The notes under the pieces were generated by a model, which worked only from the letters and a program-made list of their open reading frames with translations, made no database searches and was not told the DNA's origin. Below are positions 1 to 10,814 of a DNA stretch of 64,000 bases, piece by piece. Source of the stretch: an uncultured Acidobacteriota bacterium. GTDB lineage: Bacteria > Acidobacteriota > UBA6911 > RPQK01 > JAPXNP01. The stretch is taken from NCBI GenBank assembly GCA_963777605.1, contig CAVZRV010000027.1, forward strand, positions 64,001 through 128,000. The letters are read 5' to 3'. The translations under genes were made by a program, and so were the position numbers. How positions within the stretch are numbered: position 1 is the first letter of the stretch; every line of letters begins with the position of its first letter.

Positions 1-374
1 CGACCAACGAACTCCGGATGGGCTCTATATAACATGTCACAAATTGTAACGACAGTCGGGCCCGTAGCGAAAATCGGAGAAACGTAGCCCGGAGAGTGAA
101 GTACATCCAGTCGTAGACGTCTGGACAAGACCGGTAATGTGAGTTGCTCCCACAAGATTCGCCACAACTGAGGACGAGCCCTAACTGGCAATCGCAAGGA
201 TTGGACATTTGACCTGCCCGGCTGAAACTTTTCACAATTCTGACTGTTTGTAAACAGGAAATATTCGTTTTCCGAGTCGATCTCACACAATGTATCAACC
301 AACTCACAAGCATACAATCCTATTCCGCCCGACAGGCCAGGTGCGAAAGGCAGAAGATTTATCCCTATCCTCAA
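1..374 (-). CDS. Glycosyltransferase family 4, N-terminal part (runs off the window)
   Basis: Manual translation from TTG at 374: MRIGINLLPFAPGLSGGIGLYACELV...WEQLTLP...DVLHSPGY...VVTICD. This is a typical GT4 N-terminus with a GAGGGAGA RBS upstream. Not in the ORF track. Confidence 0.85.
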   Translation of the reverse strand, partial: MRIGINLLPFAPGLSGGIGLYACELVDTLCEIDSENEYFLFTNSQNCEKFQPGRSNVQSLRLPVRARPQLWRILWEQLTLPVLSRRLRLDVLHSPGYVSPIFATGPTVVTICDMLYRAHPEFVG

Positions 375-554
375 CTGCTATCTCCCTCTATACTTTAGAT
401 GCGCTTACCTCAAAAAACCCACGAATAACTTATAGGAGAAGGCCTTTTTCAGCCTCCGCACCCATGGCGCCTCATGCCCCTCTTGTCCACCTTAGCCTCA
501 CTCCAAATTTCGAAATCTAGATTGAGGGACTGAGCCACACTTGTTTGAATTAGA

Positions 555-1727
555 AATTCAGGATTGAGGGGCTGAGCCCCGCCTCGTACGATTGGGTTTA
601 GCAAAAAGACCTGATCGAAAGAGGAGTACTCAGCCCGTGAACCGATTTCGCAGCATCTTCAGTCAACTTCTCCAGCATTTTCCGCGTCTCGAGTTCCAGG
701 AATTGGTCCGAGAGACCAAAGCCGAGCGTCACGCCCGGGGTTTCGCCTGCTGGACCCAGTTCGTCTCCATGCTGTTCTGCCAGCTGGGCAGAGCCCACAG
801 CCTAAGGGAAATCTGTGGAGGTCTGGCCAGTTGCGAAGGCAAACTGAGCCATCTCGGAATCCGGATTCCGAAGCGTTCTACCCTCGCCTATGCCAACGAA
901 CACCGTCCCTGGCAGCTGTACGAGCAGGTTTTCCATCGTCCGCTGGATCGCTGCCGAACCTTGACCGTCGGTCGGCGCCGCACCCGCCTATGGCGGGCAA
1001 AAATCCATTGGTGAGTCTGGATGCCACGGTGATCGATCTGTGCGCGTCGCTATTCGACTTGGCTCAGTTCCAGCGCACGAAAGGGGCCGTCAAGCTCCAT
1101 CTGCTGTTGGATCACGACGGGTATCTGCCCACCTTTGCCTGCGTTACCGAAGGGAAGGCGTCCGATCTGTCGGTGGCGCGCAAGCTGCACTTCCCAGCCG
1201 GAACCATCGTGGTCTTCGATCGAGGCTTCAACGACTACGACTGGTTTGCCGAATTGACCGACTTTCGTTCAAGGCCCTCAAGCACAATCTGAAGATCAAG
1301 ACGTTCGTGGGCGTCACGCCGAATGCCCTGAAAACCCAGGTTTAGACAGCACTGATCGCCATGCTGATCCTGCGCTATCTGCAGTTGAAGTCGGCCTACG
1401 ACTGGTCCTTGTCCAATCTGGCGGCGCTGTTGCGCATGAATCTGTTCGTGCATCGCGACTTATGGCCTGGCTGAACGAGCCGTTCGAATCCCCGCCCGAG
1501 CCGCCGGAGGCCGCTCAACCAGCGCTTCCCTTCATCTAATCCGGACAGCAAAATCGGAGGCCTGGACACGGACAACGCGAAAATCGAGTCGGAAACCCAG
1601 TCAGGGCGCGGGGGTGGTTCTCAGATCTCCGCCAATTTGGACAGTGGGACTGAGCCCAGCTTCGTATGATTGGGTTTGTCGAAAAGACCTGATCGCAGCG
1701 GAGGACTCAGCCCCTCAATCCTGAATT
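555..1727. repeat. Perfect 22-bp inverted repeat (555-576 / 1706-1727) plus ~65-bp imperfect direct repeat (~570-636 / ~1646-1713)
   Basis: AATTCAGGATTGAGGGGCTGAG vs CTCAGCCCCTCAATCCTGAATT. The direct repeat has the core GATTGGGTTT..AAAAGACCTGATCG..GGAG..CTCAGCCC. Confidence 0.9.
637..1646 (+). mobile_element. IS4-family (DUF4372 + DDE) transposase pseudogene
   Basis: Fragments: FSQLLQ...QFVSMLFCQLGRAHSLREICGGL, LDATVIDL...KGAVKLHLLLDHDG...VFDRG, KHNLKIKTFVG..NALKTQV*TALIAM. It has frameshifts, an internal deletion and an in-frame TAG. TTGGACAGTG end-like motif at 1637-1646. Confidence 0.85.
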
Positions 1728-3268
1728 GTTGATTCGGAAATTTTCGCTGATTCGCACAGTACCCTCTTCTTTTGGCTAATATACACAATTCCTCCAAGAA
1801 AGATGACAGGGTAAAGAAATCCTGGACTTAATAGTCTAAATGATAGAAAGACCCACACGCCAAACGAAAGTATGACCAAAGTTTCGTACCGTTTCCTTCG
1901 CCGCCACGCTCTCAAGCCAAAACGATCAAAAATCCTAACGATTGAACCTAGTAAAGCACCTCCGAAAACAGCCCCCAACCATCCCCAACTCATATACCAC
2001 TGGCCGACGATACCGGGCAACATATTTCCTCCCGATTTATCAATGTCAATATTCCATCGAAATAAACTGTAGAGCCAAACTGTCCCTGACACAGGCTTGT
2101 TGGGCCACAGAAATCTCGGGATCGGTGAGACTAGAAATGTTTTAAGAATGTTCTCATTCTGATATGGCACCATTTCGGGCACGAGCCGAACGACAAATAC
2201 CGTTTCCCTAAAATAGTCGATTGTCCCTCTCAGCGTGAGCCAATCTGCCCAAATTTCTGTTGAGATGCTATCACGCGTCCTTTCAGTCCGAAATAATACC
2301 TGAAACTGGACTAACAGTATGATAAAGAAAGTTGCGCTCACTCCTATTCTAATAGCTTTTACTTTGTGCGTTCTCCATATTTTCATCAACCAAAGCCCGC
2401 ACGGCGGTATAATCACCAATGCGACAATCGATCGCGTACCGAAATCAAGATAAACGAGAGCAGTGGTAAACAGAGCAATTATCAAGATTCCAGTACGAGT
2501 CGTAATTCTCAGCTTCTTCTCTTCCAGTATGCTCCACAGTAGTGCGGTTCCCGCGACCAAGCCACTACTACACAAGTAACCCAATGCGCTTGCTTCATTC
2601 CCAAATCGACTAACTTGAATCCACGGCTTTACAACGGACCGCCCCCCAAGAACCGCCTTCACCACACTTGCAACGCTTTCTCCATACAAGAAGTACGGCA
2701 ACAATCCAACAAGGCAAGCGCAAAGAGCCAAACCCAACAGTCGCTTCCTACACGTCCTCCTAGGTCTTACCCATCGTCTCCGGCGAAGGTTCAACATTAC
2801 GTCCACCACAAACATTGCTCCCATACCACTTAGCAGAAACAATGCAATACAGGTCAACGCCAAGATGAACGGTCCAACATTCTCCGGCGACTCGGTAGGA
2901 GTTTCGGCGCCCAAACCAGCAAGGCTCACCATTAGTGGGTATGCGTACCAAATTAGAAAAGCGAGGACAAAAAAGAATCCTGCAGCATCCCCATGTCTCC
3001 CCAGACCGAATACGCCTTCGATTACAAGGGCCGTCAAGCAAATAAACAGCGTCAACCCCAACCAGAAGAAGCTATCGTGGCTTGGCCGGCCAATTGCCAA
3101 GACAGTTAGACAAGCAACCAAAGGCACTCCCGCGACCAGACACCTGGCCAACAACCTGTCCGATGGATTCTGAAACCACTCCGTCTTTCTTAACAGGAAT
3201 CCATCAAGGCTCGGAACTCTCCGTTGATAATCCTTACTAAAGCTCCTATGCACTTGCACGTAATCCAC
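1715..3268 (-). CDS. wzy: Oligosaccharide repeat-unit polymerase (Wzy-like) membrane protein
   Basis: About 10-12 hydrophobic segments, GTRS motif, IPRFLWPNKP motif and GQWYMSWGWLG, in a polysaccharide locus. Confidence 0.75.
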   Translation of the reverse strand: MDYVQVHRSFSKDYQRRVPSLDGFLLRKTEWFQNPSDRLLARCLVAGVPLVACLTVLAIGRPSHDSFFWLGLTLFICLTALVIEGVFGLGRHGDAAGFFFVLAFLIWYAYPLMVSLAGLGAETPTESPENVGPFILALTCIALFLLSGMGAMFVVDVMLNLRRRRWVRPRRTCRKRLLGLALCACLVGLLPYFLYGESVASVVKAVLGGRSVVKPWIQVSRFGNEASALGYLCSSGLVAGTALLWSILEEKKLRITTRTGILIIALFTTALVYLDFGTRSIVALVIIPPCGLWLMKIWRTHKVKAIRIGVSATFFIILLVQFQVLFRTERTRDSISTEIWADWLTLRGTIDYFRETVFVVRLVPEMVPYQNENILKTFLVSPIPRFLWPNKPVSGTVWLYSLFRWNIDIDKSGGNMLPGIVGQWYMSWGWLGAVFGGALLGSIVRIFDRFGLRAWRRRKRYETLVILSFGVWVFLSFRLLSPGFLYPVIFLGGIVYISQKKRVLCESAKISESTIQD

Positions 3269-3326
3269 AACCTCTTTGACTCACACCTTCAAAACACTCC
3301 CAAAAACGTCACTATTCCTCTGAGAT

Positions 3327-4262
3327 CTACCTCTCACCGGTTTCCAAGTCAGATAGAAGGGAGTAATTGCCTGAGAATCCCGGTGCGTTGCGAATACCCT
3401 TTCTTAGAATAAAAAGAGCTTTATCCCGATCGCCATCATCATTATAAGTTCTGGCGAGCCAATAATAGCTTTCGCCTAGTTTTTCATCCAAATCAATAGC
3501 TTCTGCGAGATACTTTATAGTTAAACTATACTTTCCTCTAACATAATAATATCTGCCAAGTAACGTCTTTGACAGCACGCCTGGGTTCGCCCTGTCGAAT
3601 GCCTCACACGCATTATAGGAGCTAGTAGAAAAGGAGATACTCTTCACTGACTCCAAGCACTCATACCGGTACATTTCCGCCTTCGTCGGATCATACTTCT
3701 CAGAGATCCTATTCGCGATCCTGAAGAAACGGAATGCCTTTTCGATATCTCCGTCCTGTTCCAACACCGCACGTCCCCAATGGGCAAAGATTGAACTTAC
3801 CTTGAGCGCCATCTCCTCGTTAGCGATCGGCGTTACAGACAGGCCCAAGCGATCTAGGATCTCCACCTCGTAACAAAGGTCAGCAATAGTTCTTCTGTTC
3901 CCAAAAGACGCATTCCTGCGGAATCGAGCAAGGCGTAGCCTGTCAGACTCGCAAAGCAAGCTCAGATGAGATTTAATTCTCATCAATCTGGCGTCCCCGG
4001 GTGCCCGACTGACCGCCTCCAGAAATGACCTCGCTTCACTACAGACTTCCTCACCTGCGAGCCGTTGATTACCGAAGACCTCAGGTGGTCCATTCTTCGC
4101 CGTCAGCACAGACGATCCCTTTAATCCCGACAGCGTTATTAGGCTACCTCTGAAGAAAGTCCATTGGTGACCGGAAGTTGTAACAGCCGCAGAGACGAGA
4201 AGCACCAGCAACAAAAGCCTCACTAAACTTTCAACTTTCTCTCTTGATCTCACGAACCGCAA
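3327..4262 (-). CDS. Membrane-anchored tetratricopeptide-repeat protein
   Basis: N-terminal hydrophobic helix; C-terminal TPR-like LGRYYY..G.Y..AI.LD...ESYYWLA..Y...GD...A. Confidence 0.6.
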   Translation of the reverse strand: MRFVRSREKVESLVRLLLLVLLVSAAVTTSGHQWTFFRGSLITLSGLKGSSVLTAKNGPPEVFGNQRLAGEEVCSEARSFLEAVSRAPGDARLMRIKSHLSLLCESDRLRLARFRRNASFGNRRTIADLCYEVEILDRLGLSVTPIANEEMALKVSSIFAHWGRAVLEQDGDIEKAFRFFRIANRISEKYDPTKAEMYRYECLESVKSISFSTSSYNACEAFDRANPGVLSKTLLGRYYYVRGKYSLTIKYLAEAIDLDEKLGESYYWLARTYNDDGDRDKALFILRKGIRNAPGFSGNYSLLSDLETGER

Positions 4263-4331
4263 GTTTTCTCCCGTTTACCAAGGCACCGCCAACAATCTAG
4301 CCTATAACCAGGCGCCTCAAGACGCTACAAT

Positions 4332-5570
4332 CTAGCCAGTACAGCGTTCATAAAATAGAGCTTCAATGAAGCTACACATGGACTTCGTCCACTTGATATT
4401 TCCAGCGGAAGACTACCGGATCCAGATTAACTTCTTCGAGGTATTGTTCAATGCGTGATTTCAACTCCGCTTGGGAGCTAACTCGCAGCCCACGCAAGAA
4501 GGAGCGCGTCATTTTGCTGAAGAAGACCTCGATCAAGTTCAGCCAGGATCCGTGTTTCGGCGTAAAGACCAGGTTGGGTCGGTTGGCCAGATGGCGTTGC
4601 ATCTCCTTCGAAAAGTGGGAGGGGTGATTGTCGAGAACCACGCGGATTTTCCAATCCTCCGGGTAGGAGCGGTACAGCAGTTCGAGCAGCTCAATGAACT
4701 CTTGACTGCGGTTTCGCTCGCGCACCAGACCCCAGGACCCTGGCCCGTGTGCAGATCGAGGCCACTCAACAGCCGCAGGGGTGCCATGACGGATGTATTC
4801 CGAGTCCAGCCCCCGACGCGCCAGTTCGCCCGCTCGAAAACGATAATCGGCTAGAGTCGTAGCCAGCGCCTGGATCCCCGGTCTTTCGTCCACACACACC
4901 GTGGCCATCGTCCGTTCGCCGACCACTTTCGATTCGTTAATCAGTGCTACCTCCTTGTAGACCACCAGAATCTGCGCTTTCTTCTTCTCAAACTCCGGGT
5001 CCCGGGCTTCCAGAAGATAGCGAATCTTTTGAGGGCGCACGGCGTCCGCCTTCAGGATGCCGAACACCAATGCTTTACCGGCCCGCTCCAGATGCGGATA
5101 TCCTGCTGCGTGGGCATTCCGACGGATATGTCGGGCCAAGGCTGCGTAGGTCCACAGTTCAACGGCGTACCCCAGATCGGTCGGTTTCTGACACGCCAGA
5201 TCCACGACCCACGCTCGGGCTTCGTCGCTGATCGTCGCCGGGGTGATCTCCCAGTGCCGTATCCACCCCCTGCGACAACGCCTTTCGGATACACCAATCT
5301 ACCTTCGTTCGGGTTGTGCCCATTTTGCGGGCGATGGCCGAGATGCTTTCCCCGGCCTCAAAGGCCAGCAACATCTGAGAACGGGTGACGGTCGCATGTT
5401 TGGCCGTCCGGGACCGGGACAGTCACTCCAAAGCCCTTCTTTGCTCTTCGGACAACTGAAGCTTGGCCTTTCGGCTGATAAACGGCATGGCGTCTCCTCC
5501 AGCACATCTGTCAAAATTACGAAACCTCTTCGAGCCACGGCCACACAGCTTTCATTCTATATCTCGCTAG
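4332..5570 (-). mobile_element. IS630-family transposase pseudogene
   Basis: N-terminal HTH starting 5488 (in-frame TGA), WTYAALA, VDERPGIQA, EYIRHGT, VLDNH, FTPKHGSWLNLIEVFFS. Several frameshifts; CTAG at both approximate ends. Confidence 0.88.
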
Positions 5571-5806
5571 CTTGGGAGTTCTAATCTAAAATAGACAATC
5601 GGCATCGCATTTGGTCAACAACGGCACGTTGACCGTTCAATCTTGCACAGGCAGGAAGATGAAGAGTCCTGCTAATAAATTTACTTCATCCCGCATTTAC
5701 TGTAAATATTAGATTTCATGTTGTCATAAAATAATACGTTATAAATCTAGTTCTAGAATTTTAATCTACGTAGTTTTATAACGCAATGCACATCATATAC
5801 GTTGAA

Positions 5807-7015
5807 TTAACTTCGAGTCAGTACTCTCCGCAACGAGTAAATAAAGTCGCCATTATGCCTATCTAAAGTGAAATGGCTTCGGATTCTCTTAATCGTTTTG
5901 GTGCGCAAGTCTCGGTATTTCTCGAAAGACATCTGGAGAGCTCGTCCGCAAGCTGAGGAAATTGATTCGATCGAACAGTCCCCCAAGTCAAGCCCACAAT
6001 CCGAGATATCTATATTCGCTTGACTAGGAAGAATGGGGACTAGACCATGCGCCATGGATTCGAGGACGGAACCTGGTTGACCCTCAGCGCAGGTTGCAGA
6101 GATTGTCCAGGCACAAATACTTGCGAGTTCCTTGAATTCCCGAGATCTCATTTCCACGAACCCATGATAATGAATATTCTCAGCTTCAAGTTCCTGTTGA
6201 TAGATTCTTGCAAACCCTGCGTCAAGTCGCTGGCAGATATGCAGATGGGATGTTGAATCGAAAAACGCCTCGAGTAGAAGGTCTAACCCCTTATGGATAT
6301 TTCCATCTCCGCTAAAGAACAGGAAGTGACTTTGCGCCGACTGGAAATCTGCTTTGGTAATCGCAGGCAGGTCATAGGCAACCGGAAAGACCGCCGAGTC
6401 AAATGCAAAAACATTCTTAAATCCAGCATACGATTCGAGAACATTTCGATTTCCCAGACAAATGATTGCATCGGCGATCTGGTTAGCCTCCTCTTCTCCT
6501 GCGGTGATTGGACGGTCTGGAGGTAAGAGGTACCCGCGGCGAACTGCGAGGTCGTAGATTCGTTTCGCCTCACTTACATTTGCGGCCTTCCAGTAGAGGC
6601 CCGTGGAAAGATAAACTTTTACAGTATTCTTATCCAGCGCTTCCGATAGTCGAATGAAGTTATGTCCAGAATGGCCTACAAAGAGGTCATACTGCTTCCT
6701 CGGGCGCCATGAGTTGTTGTCAAAGTTGACTAGATCTACAACATAACCCATTCGATTAAGACAGTGTGCAATCTCCTGGGCTCGGCCTCGACTGTGAAAG
6801 CGAGTTCGGTCTCGAAGATTCGGAACTGGGAGTAGAGGCGCGACATGAAAAGCGAGAAGCGCTCTACCGACCGACTCCCCAACTAGACTCTCACAAAAAT
6901 CTGTGATGACGCGCCGTTTTGCGTATTCAACCAGAAGTTTCGAGGTGACAGATCTACTTGAGACAAACTGACTCAGCCCATGGCTGATCCACTTAGATAC
7001 CGTGCCCTTAGTCAG
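5807..7015 (-). CDS. Glycosyltransferase family 4 (frame open upstream of the annotated ATG at 6751; probable CTG start at 7015)
   Basis: HKGLDLLLEAF and EGQPGSVLESMAHGLVPI motifs. The frame is stop-free up to ~7024, with GAGGTAGGGG upstream of ATT/CTG. Confidence 0.8.
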   Translation of the reverse strand: MTKGTVSKWISHGLSQFVSSRSVTSKLLVEYAKRRVITDFCESLVGESVGRALLAFHVAPLLPVPNLRDRTRFHSRGRAQEIAHCLNRMGYVVDLVNFDNNSWRPRKQYDLFVGHSGHNFIRLSEALDKNTVKVYLSTGLYWKAANVSEAKRIYDLAVRRGYLLPPDRPITAGEEEANQIADAIICLGNRNVLESYAGFKNVFAFDSAVFPVAYDLPAITKADFQSAQSHFLFFSGDGNIHKGLDLLLEAFFDSTSHLHICQRLDAGFARIYQQELEAENIHYHGFVEMRSREFKELASICAWTISATCAEGQPGSVLESMAHGLVPILPSQANIDISDCGLDLGDCSIESISSACGRALQMSFEKYRDLRTKTIKRIRSHFTLDRHNGDFIYSLRRVLTRS

Positions 7016-7128
7016 AATATACCCCTACCTCGAGTGGCCTAGAGTCACTCTTTCAACCCAACCTGAATCACTCCTAAACGCCCCCGATTCCCACGATAGC
7101 GGACTCAGCCAACCGAGTTGAACGATAA

Positions 7129-8514
7129 TTACGCTGCGGTCACTCTGTCAGCCCTGTAGCGGAAGTTATGGTAGACCCAGTACGCACCCGGTGCCTGGAG
7201 GAGCAATGAAACGCCAAGATAGCCAAGCCCCAACCCGAGACCTCCCCAAAACCTCGCCCCAAAATAGGACACAACAACAACAAGAATCGCATTCACGAAC
7301 AGAAACCCTGCTAATGGCTCCCGCTTGAACGCACGAAAGTACACACACAACCCTTGCACCATTACGCCTATCACCCCACCAAGCAGCACAGCCACAGCTC
7401 CTCCCGGAGACAACAACCTTCCCACAAAGCCAAGGTGCAGCCATGCTCCGACGACAAGGCCCACCGAAACAGCGATACTGCCAGCCGACGCCACAATTGC
7501 GGCCTGTCCCAACGCAGCACCAAACTCCCTGTTCAATCGCTCCACTTCGCCCCGGGCGACAAACATCCCGAACCGGGGAACCTTCGTACTCAACCAGTTC
7601 GCGGCCACTGCACTCAGGACGCTTAGAATCGAGATTGTCATTCCAACCTTACCCGCCAATACTGGTCCGGAGGCGAGGAATGCCAGCGGAGTGAGAGCGT
7701 AACTCACAAGGTATCCACTGGCAAATGACACAGCTACCCGCCACTGCATCGGCCACACCTCTTCTTTCCAGTTCATCCCCGATTCCGCCGAAGCCACAAA
7801 ACTGCCCTTGATGAGCGGCCAATGTGTTCTTCTCAGGTACAGACTGCCCCAAATCACGCTACTCGCGGAAGCAACCACCAGCGCCCATAAGCCAGCGCCC
7901 AATGCGATCGCTGCACAGATCAACGTCACATAAACAATCCGCTGTCCCAATCGCTGTCGCCAGTAAGAAACCACCTCGTCGACTGCCAGTAAAGTCTGAT
8001 ACAAGGGTACCAAAAGGAAATTCAAGCAACTGACTATCACTATGCACAACCAGGGCCACAACCAATAAATACCGTCGCTACCCGCTCTCGAAAAAAAAGC
8101 AACACCACCTGCGCCAACTATTCCAAGATACAGGACTCCGGCGGACGCATACCACCGTACGGCCGATTGCACCAATGATCGGAATCGTGCAAGCGCAATC
8201 CGATCTCCCGTCAGCCCATCGTTGGATCCATAATTCAACAAAGCCCTCTCGTGACTGCCAAACTGCACAATCACTTGGCCAACTCCCAACTCAAATAACG
8301 ACTGCATCGAGACAAAAGAGGCAAACGTATAGTAATATCCCTGCGCCGCTGGCGAAAAATGAAGTGCGACCATTATCGCGACAAGTGGACCGCTCGCAAT
8401 CGCTACGCAGTTAGTTGCTAACGCTACACCAATACTCTTCTCAATCCCAATCCATAAAGAGATCCTCCGAACAGCTTCCGCAACTAAATTCCCGATTCCA
8501 TTTAAACTTATCAC
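7129..8514 (-). CDS. wzx: Wzx-type oligosaccharide flippase
   Basis: About 12 TM segments; QGYYYTFASFVSMQSLFELG and WPMQWRVAVSFASGY motifs. Confidence 0.8.
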   Translation of the reverse strand: MISLNGIGNLVAEAVRRISLWIGIEKSIGVALATNCVAIASGPLVAIMVALHFSPAAQGYYYTFASFVSMQSLFELGVGQVIVQFGSHERALLNYGSNDGLTGDRIALARFRSLVQSAVRWYASAGVLYLGIVGAGGVAFFSRAGSDGIYWLWPWLCIVIVSCLNFLLVPLYQTLLAVDEVVSYWRQRLGQRIVYVTLICAAIALGAGLWALVVASASSVIWGSLYLRRTHWPLIKGSFVASAESGMNWKEEVWPMQWRVAVSFASGYLVSYALTPLAFLASGPVLAGKVGMTISILSVLSAVAANWLSTKVPRFGMFVARGEVERLNREFGAALGQAAIVASAGSIAVSVGLVVGAWLHLGFVGRLLSPGGAVAVLLGGVIGVMVQGLCVYFRAFKREPLAGFLFVNAILVVVVSYFGARFWGGLGLGLGYLGVSLLLQAPGAYWVYHNFRYRADRVTAA

Positions 8515-8544
8515 GTATACTAGCTATTCTAGAAAAAGCATTCT

Positions 8545-9465
8545 TTAACCGCCCAAGATTGGGTAGCTCAGGCCAGACTCGGCAACGACCGCATCAATAT
8601 CTCTCACATTCTCTCTAGATAGGGTTCCGCTCCAAAAGAATGGGAAGGATCGGTCCTCGACTATTTCAGCCCATCTATAAAGGCCATGCAGAGTCCTGTG
8701 AGTCATAAGAGACGGAGTGAATATGTAAGACGGATGAATATCCTGATTGACACCAACATAATTCAGGAGTTTTCTCGTTTCATCGAATGGTGATTGATAG
8801 AAATCTTCGTACTTAACACAGCACACATCCTCAGAACGCAACCTCTCCACGGCAATAGAGTGCGTCGCCGCCCACATTAATGCTATCTTTTCAAGTTTTG
8901 AATAGCGATTGTTTCTAATATTATCTCTGAACTTCTTAAATCTTTCACTAAACTCCTCAGAGAATATAACTCTCTCAAGGAATGCGCCCCAATGGAAATC
9001 CCAACCGAACTCTTCCCAAAAACGGCTTCTTCGCACTATAGATGCGATTACTGCCCGAGGATCTCGAACTACAAATACGACTCGGCAGGAAAGATCATTA
9101 ATAAACAGACCAATCGGCATATTAAGCCTAATTTCTTTAAATCCAATAATTTTGCAATTATCATAAACAAGATCTGAAAATTCCTCAGTAACTTGATCAA
9201 TACTGCCGACCAGATGATTTCTAAGAAGCCATTTACTTCGGACTGCTCCCGAAACCGCCTTGTCGACATGGTTTCGAATGACCAAGGCCTGCTCCTTATT
9301 GACATTCGGACGGTAGACAAGATCTCGAGATTCCGGGAAAACTGCCGGGTGCAAAGGTTCGAATAGAATCAGGCCCCCAGCGGCCTTGGACAATATGTCG
9401 GAAATCCATGTCGTTCCGGATCTCCCAAACCCCAGGATTGCGAGTCTCTTCTTTGTCTCGCCCAT
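8545..9465 (-). CDS. Sulfotransferase family protein (PAPS-dependent)
   Basis: 5'-PSB loop GFGRSGTTW, LFEP, 3'-PB VRDPRAVIAS, and KYED. Confidence 0.9.
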   Translation of the reverse strand: MGETKKRLAILGFGRSGTTWISDILSKAAGGLILFEPLHPAVFPESRDLVYRPNVNKEQALVIRNHVDKAVSGAVRSKWLLRNHLVGSIDQVTEEFSDLVYDNCKIIGFKEIRLNMPIGLFINDLSCRVVFVVRDPRAVIASIVRRSRFWEEFGWDFHWGAFLERVIFSEEFSERFKKFRDNIRNNRYSKLEKIALMWAATHSIAVERLRSEDVCCVKYEDFYQSPFDETRKLLNYVGVNQDIHPSYIFTPSLMTHRTLHGLYRWAEIVEDRSFPFFWSGTLSRENVRDIDAVVAESGLSYPILGG

Positions 9466-9639
9466 GGTTAATCAGGGTCTAACAGGTTATCTTATCTTCG
9501 ATGACGACTGGTAACCGCCAACATAACCTTTAATCGAAACACTTCACCTTTAGCTCAATTTCTTAGTTCGATCAGCGCGAAAGGCACGTCTACTGGTAGT
9601 GAAACTCTATGTTCCGCCCTCGGTAACCTGCCGCTCCAC

Positions 9640-10569
9640 TCACGGGTACGTTTTGGCTATCCCGTCTTGAAGCGAGAATCTCGATTTCCATCCGATCTCT
9701 GAAATTCGGTCAGCGCGGAAATTTCTTGCTTTTACGCCTACCGGTCCTTCTACGTGGCGGATGTTGACCTTCTTTCCAGCAACGGAGGCTACCGTTTCAA
9801 CCAGTTCATCTACCGAAACGTATTCCCGGCGGCCGATGTTTACGCCGTTCTCCAAGTTCGACTGCATGAGCAGGCGGATTCCGTCGAGCATGTCTTCGAT
9901 GTAGGTGTAGGCTCGCATTGCGGTGCCGTCGCCCCAGACTTCTATGGTTCCGCCGTCTTCAATCTCGGCTACCTTGCGGCACATGGCGGCGGGAGCTTTC
10001 TCCCGACCGCCTCGCCAGGTCCCTTCGGGTCCGTAACAGTTCTGGAAACGGGCGATCCGGATTGCCATGTCGTAGCGCCGGCCGTAGGCCATGGCGGTCC
10101 GCTCGGCATAGAACTTCTCCCAGCCGTATTCGTTATGGGGCAGAGCCGGGTAGGCCTCGTCCTCGGACAGTTCGGGTTCGTCCTTGGTCATGTCGCGATA
10201 GACACAGGCGGAGGAAGAGAAGAAGTATCGTGGAACGCCGGCTCGGGCGCTGGCATCGATCATGTGAATGTTGATCAGGGCGCTGTTGCGCATGATTTCG
10301 CACTCGGCGGAATCGATGAATCCCATTCCGCCCATGTCGGCCGCCAGTTGATAGACCTCGTCGAAGAATCCTCCGTTCGGCCCGTGGACCGCCTGTTTGC
10401 AGTTCTCAGGCTCCCGCAGGTCCAGAACACAAAAATCGTCGGCTGCAGTGGGAGAAAACTCGGGATGTTTCAGGTCGACGCCTCTTACCCAGTAGCCTTC
10501 ATTGACGAGGCGCTTGACCAGGTGGGAACCGATGAATCCACCTGCGCCACAAACCAGTGCTCGTTTCAC
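9640..10569 (-). CDS. NAD-dependent epimerase, GDP-mannose 3',5'-epimerase-like
   Basis: GAGGFIG, LAADMGGMGFI, SSACVY, YGWEK and GGREKAPAAMCRK signatures. It ends KTYP-TGA, about 10 residues early. Confidence 0.88.
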   Translation of the reverse strand: MKRALVCGAGGFIGSHLVKRLVNEGYWVRGVDLKHPEFSPTAADDFCVLDLREPENCKQAVHGPNGGFFDEVYQLAADMGGMGFIDSAECEIMRNSALINIHMIDASARAGVPRYFFSSSACVYRDMTKDEPELSEDEAYPALPHNEYGWEKFYAERTAMAYGRRYDMAIRIARFQNCYGPEGTWRGGREKAPAAMCRKVAEIEDGGTIEVWGDGTAMRAYTYIEDMLDGIRLLMQSNLENGVNIGRREYVSVDELVETVASVAGKKVNIRHVEGPVGVKARNFRADRISEIGWKSRFSLQDGIAKTYP

Positions 10570-10814
10570 AACATTCTCCTAATGACGCTCGGACCGGATC
10601 TTCCACTGATGGCCAAATATCGTGAGAAATCCAGATCCTGTGTAATCAGAACCATCCCTTTGGCCCACGCCCAGTCGAGGATCTCTTCGTCGCTAGCAGA
10701 GGCGGGCAAAACTGCGGACACTCTCAGCACCTGCCAACCGGCATCTCTCAGGGAGTCTACCGTCGCCGGCGAAATATTCATGTCCGCGAGAAATCTAAGG
10801 GGACCCACGTTCAA
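10566..10814 (-). pseudogene. DUF5615 family PIN-like toxin, C-terminally truncated
   Basis: RFLADMNIS...SDEEILDWA...LITQDLDF...PSVIR, then a stop at the junction with the next gene's RBS (~82 aa). Confidence 0.75.

Noticed and set aside
9640-9642. TGA-to-Trp recoding (in-frame TGA in the epimerase and in the IS630 ORF)
   Set aside because: Many intact genes (secA, guaB, lon, hicA) terminate at TGA and Trp is encoded by TGG elsewhere. Point mutation or sequencing error is simpler.
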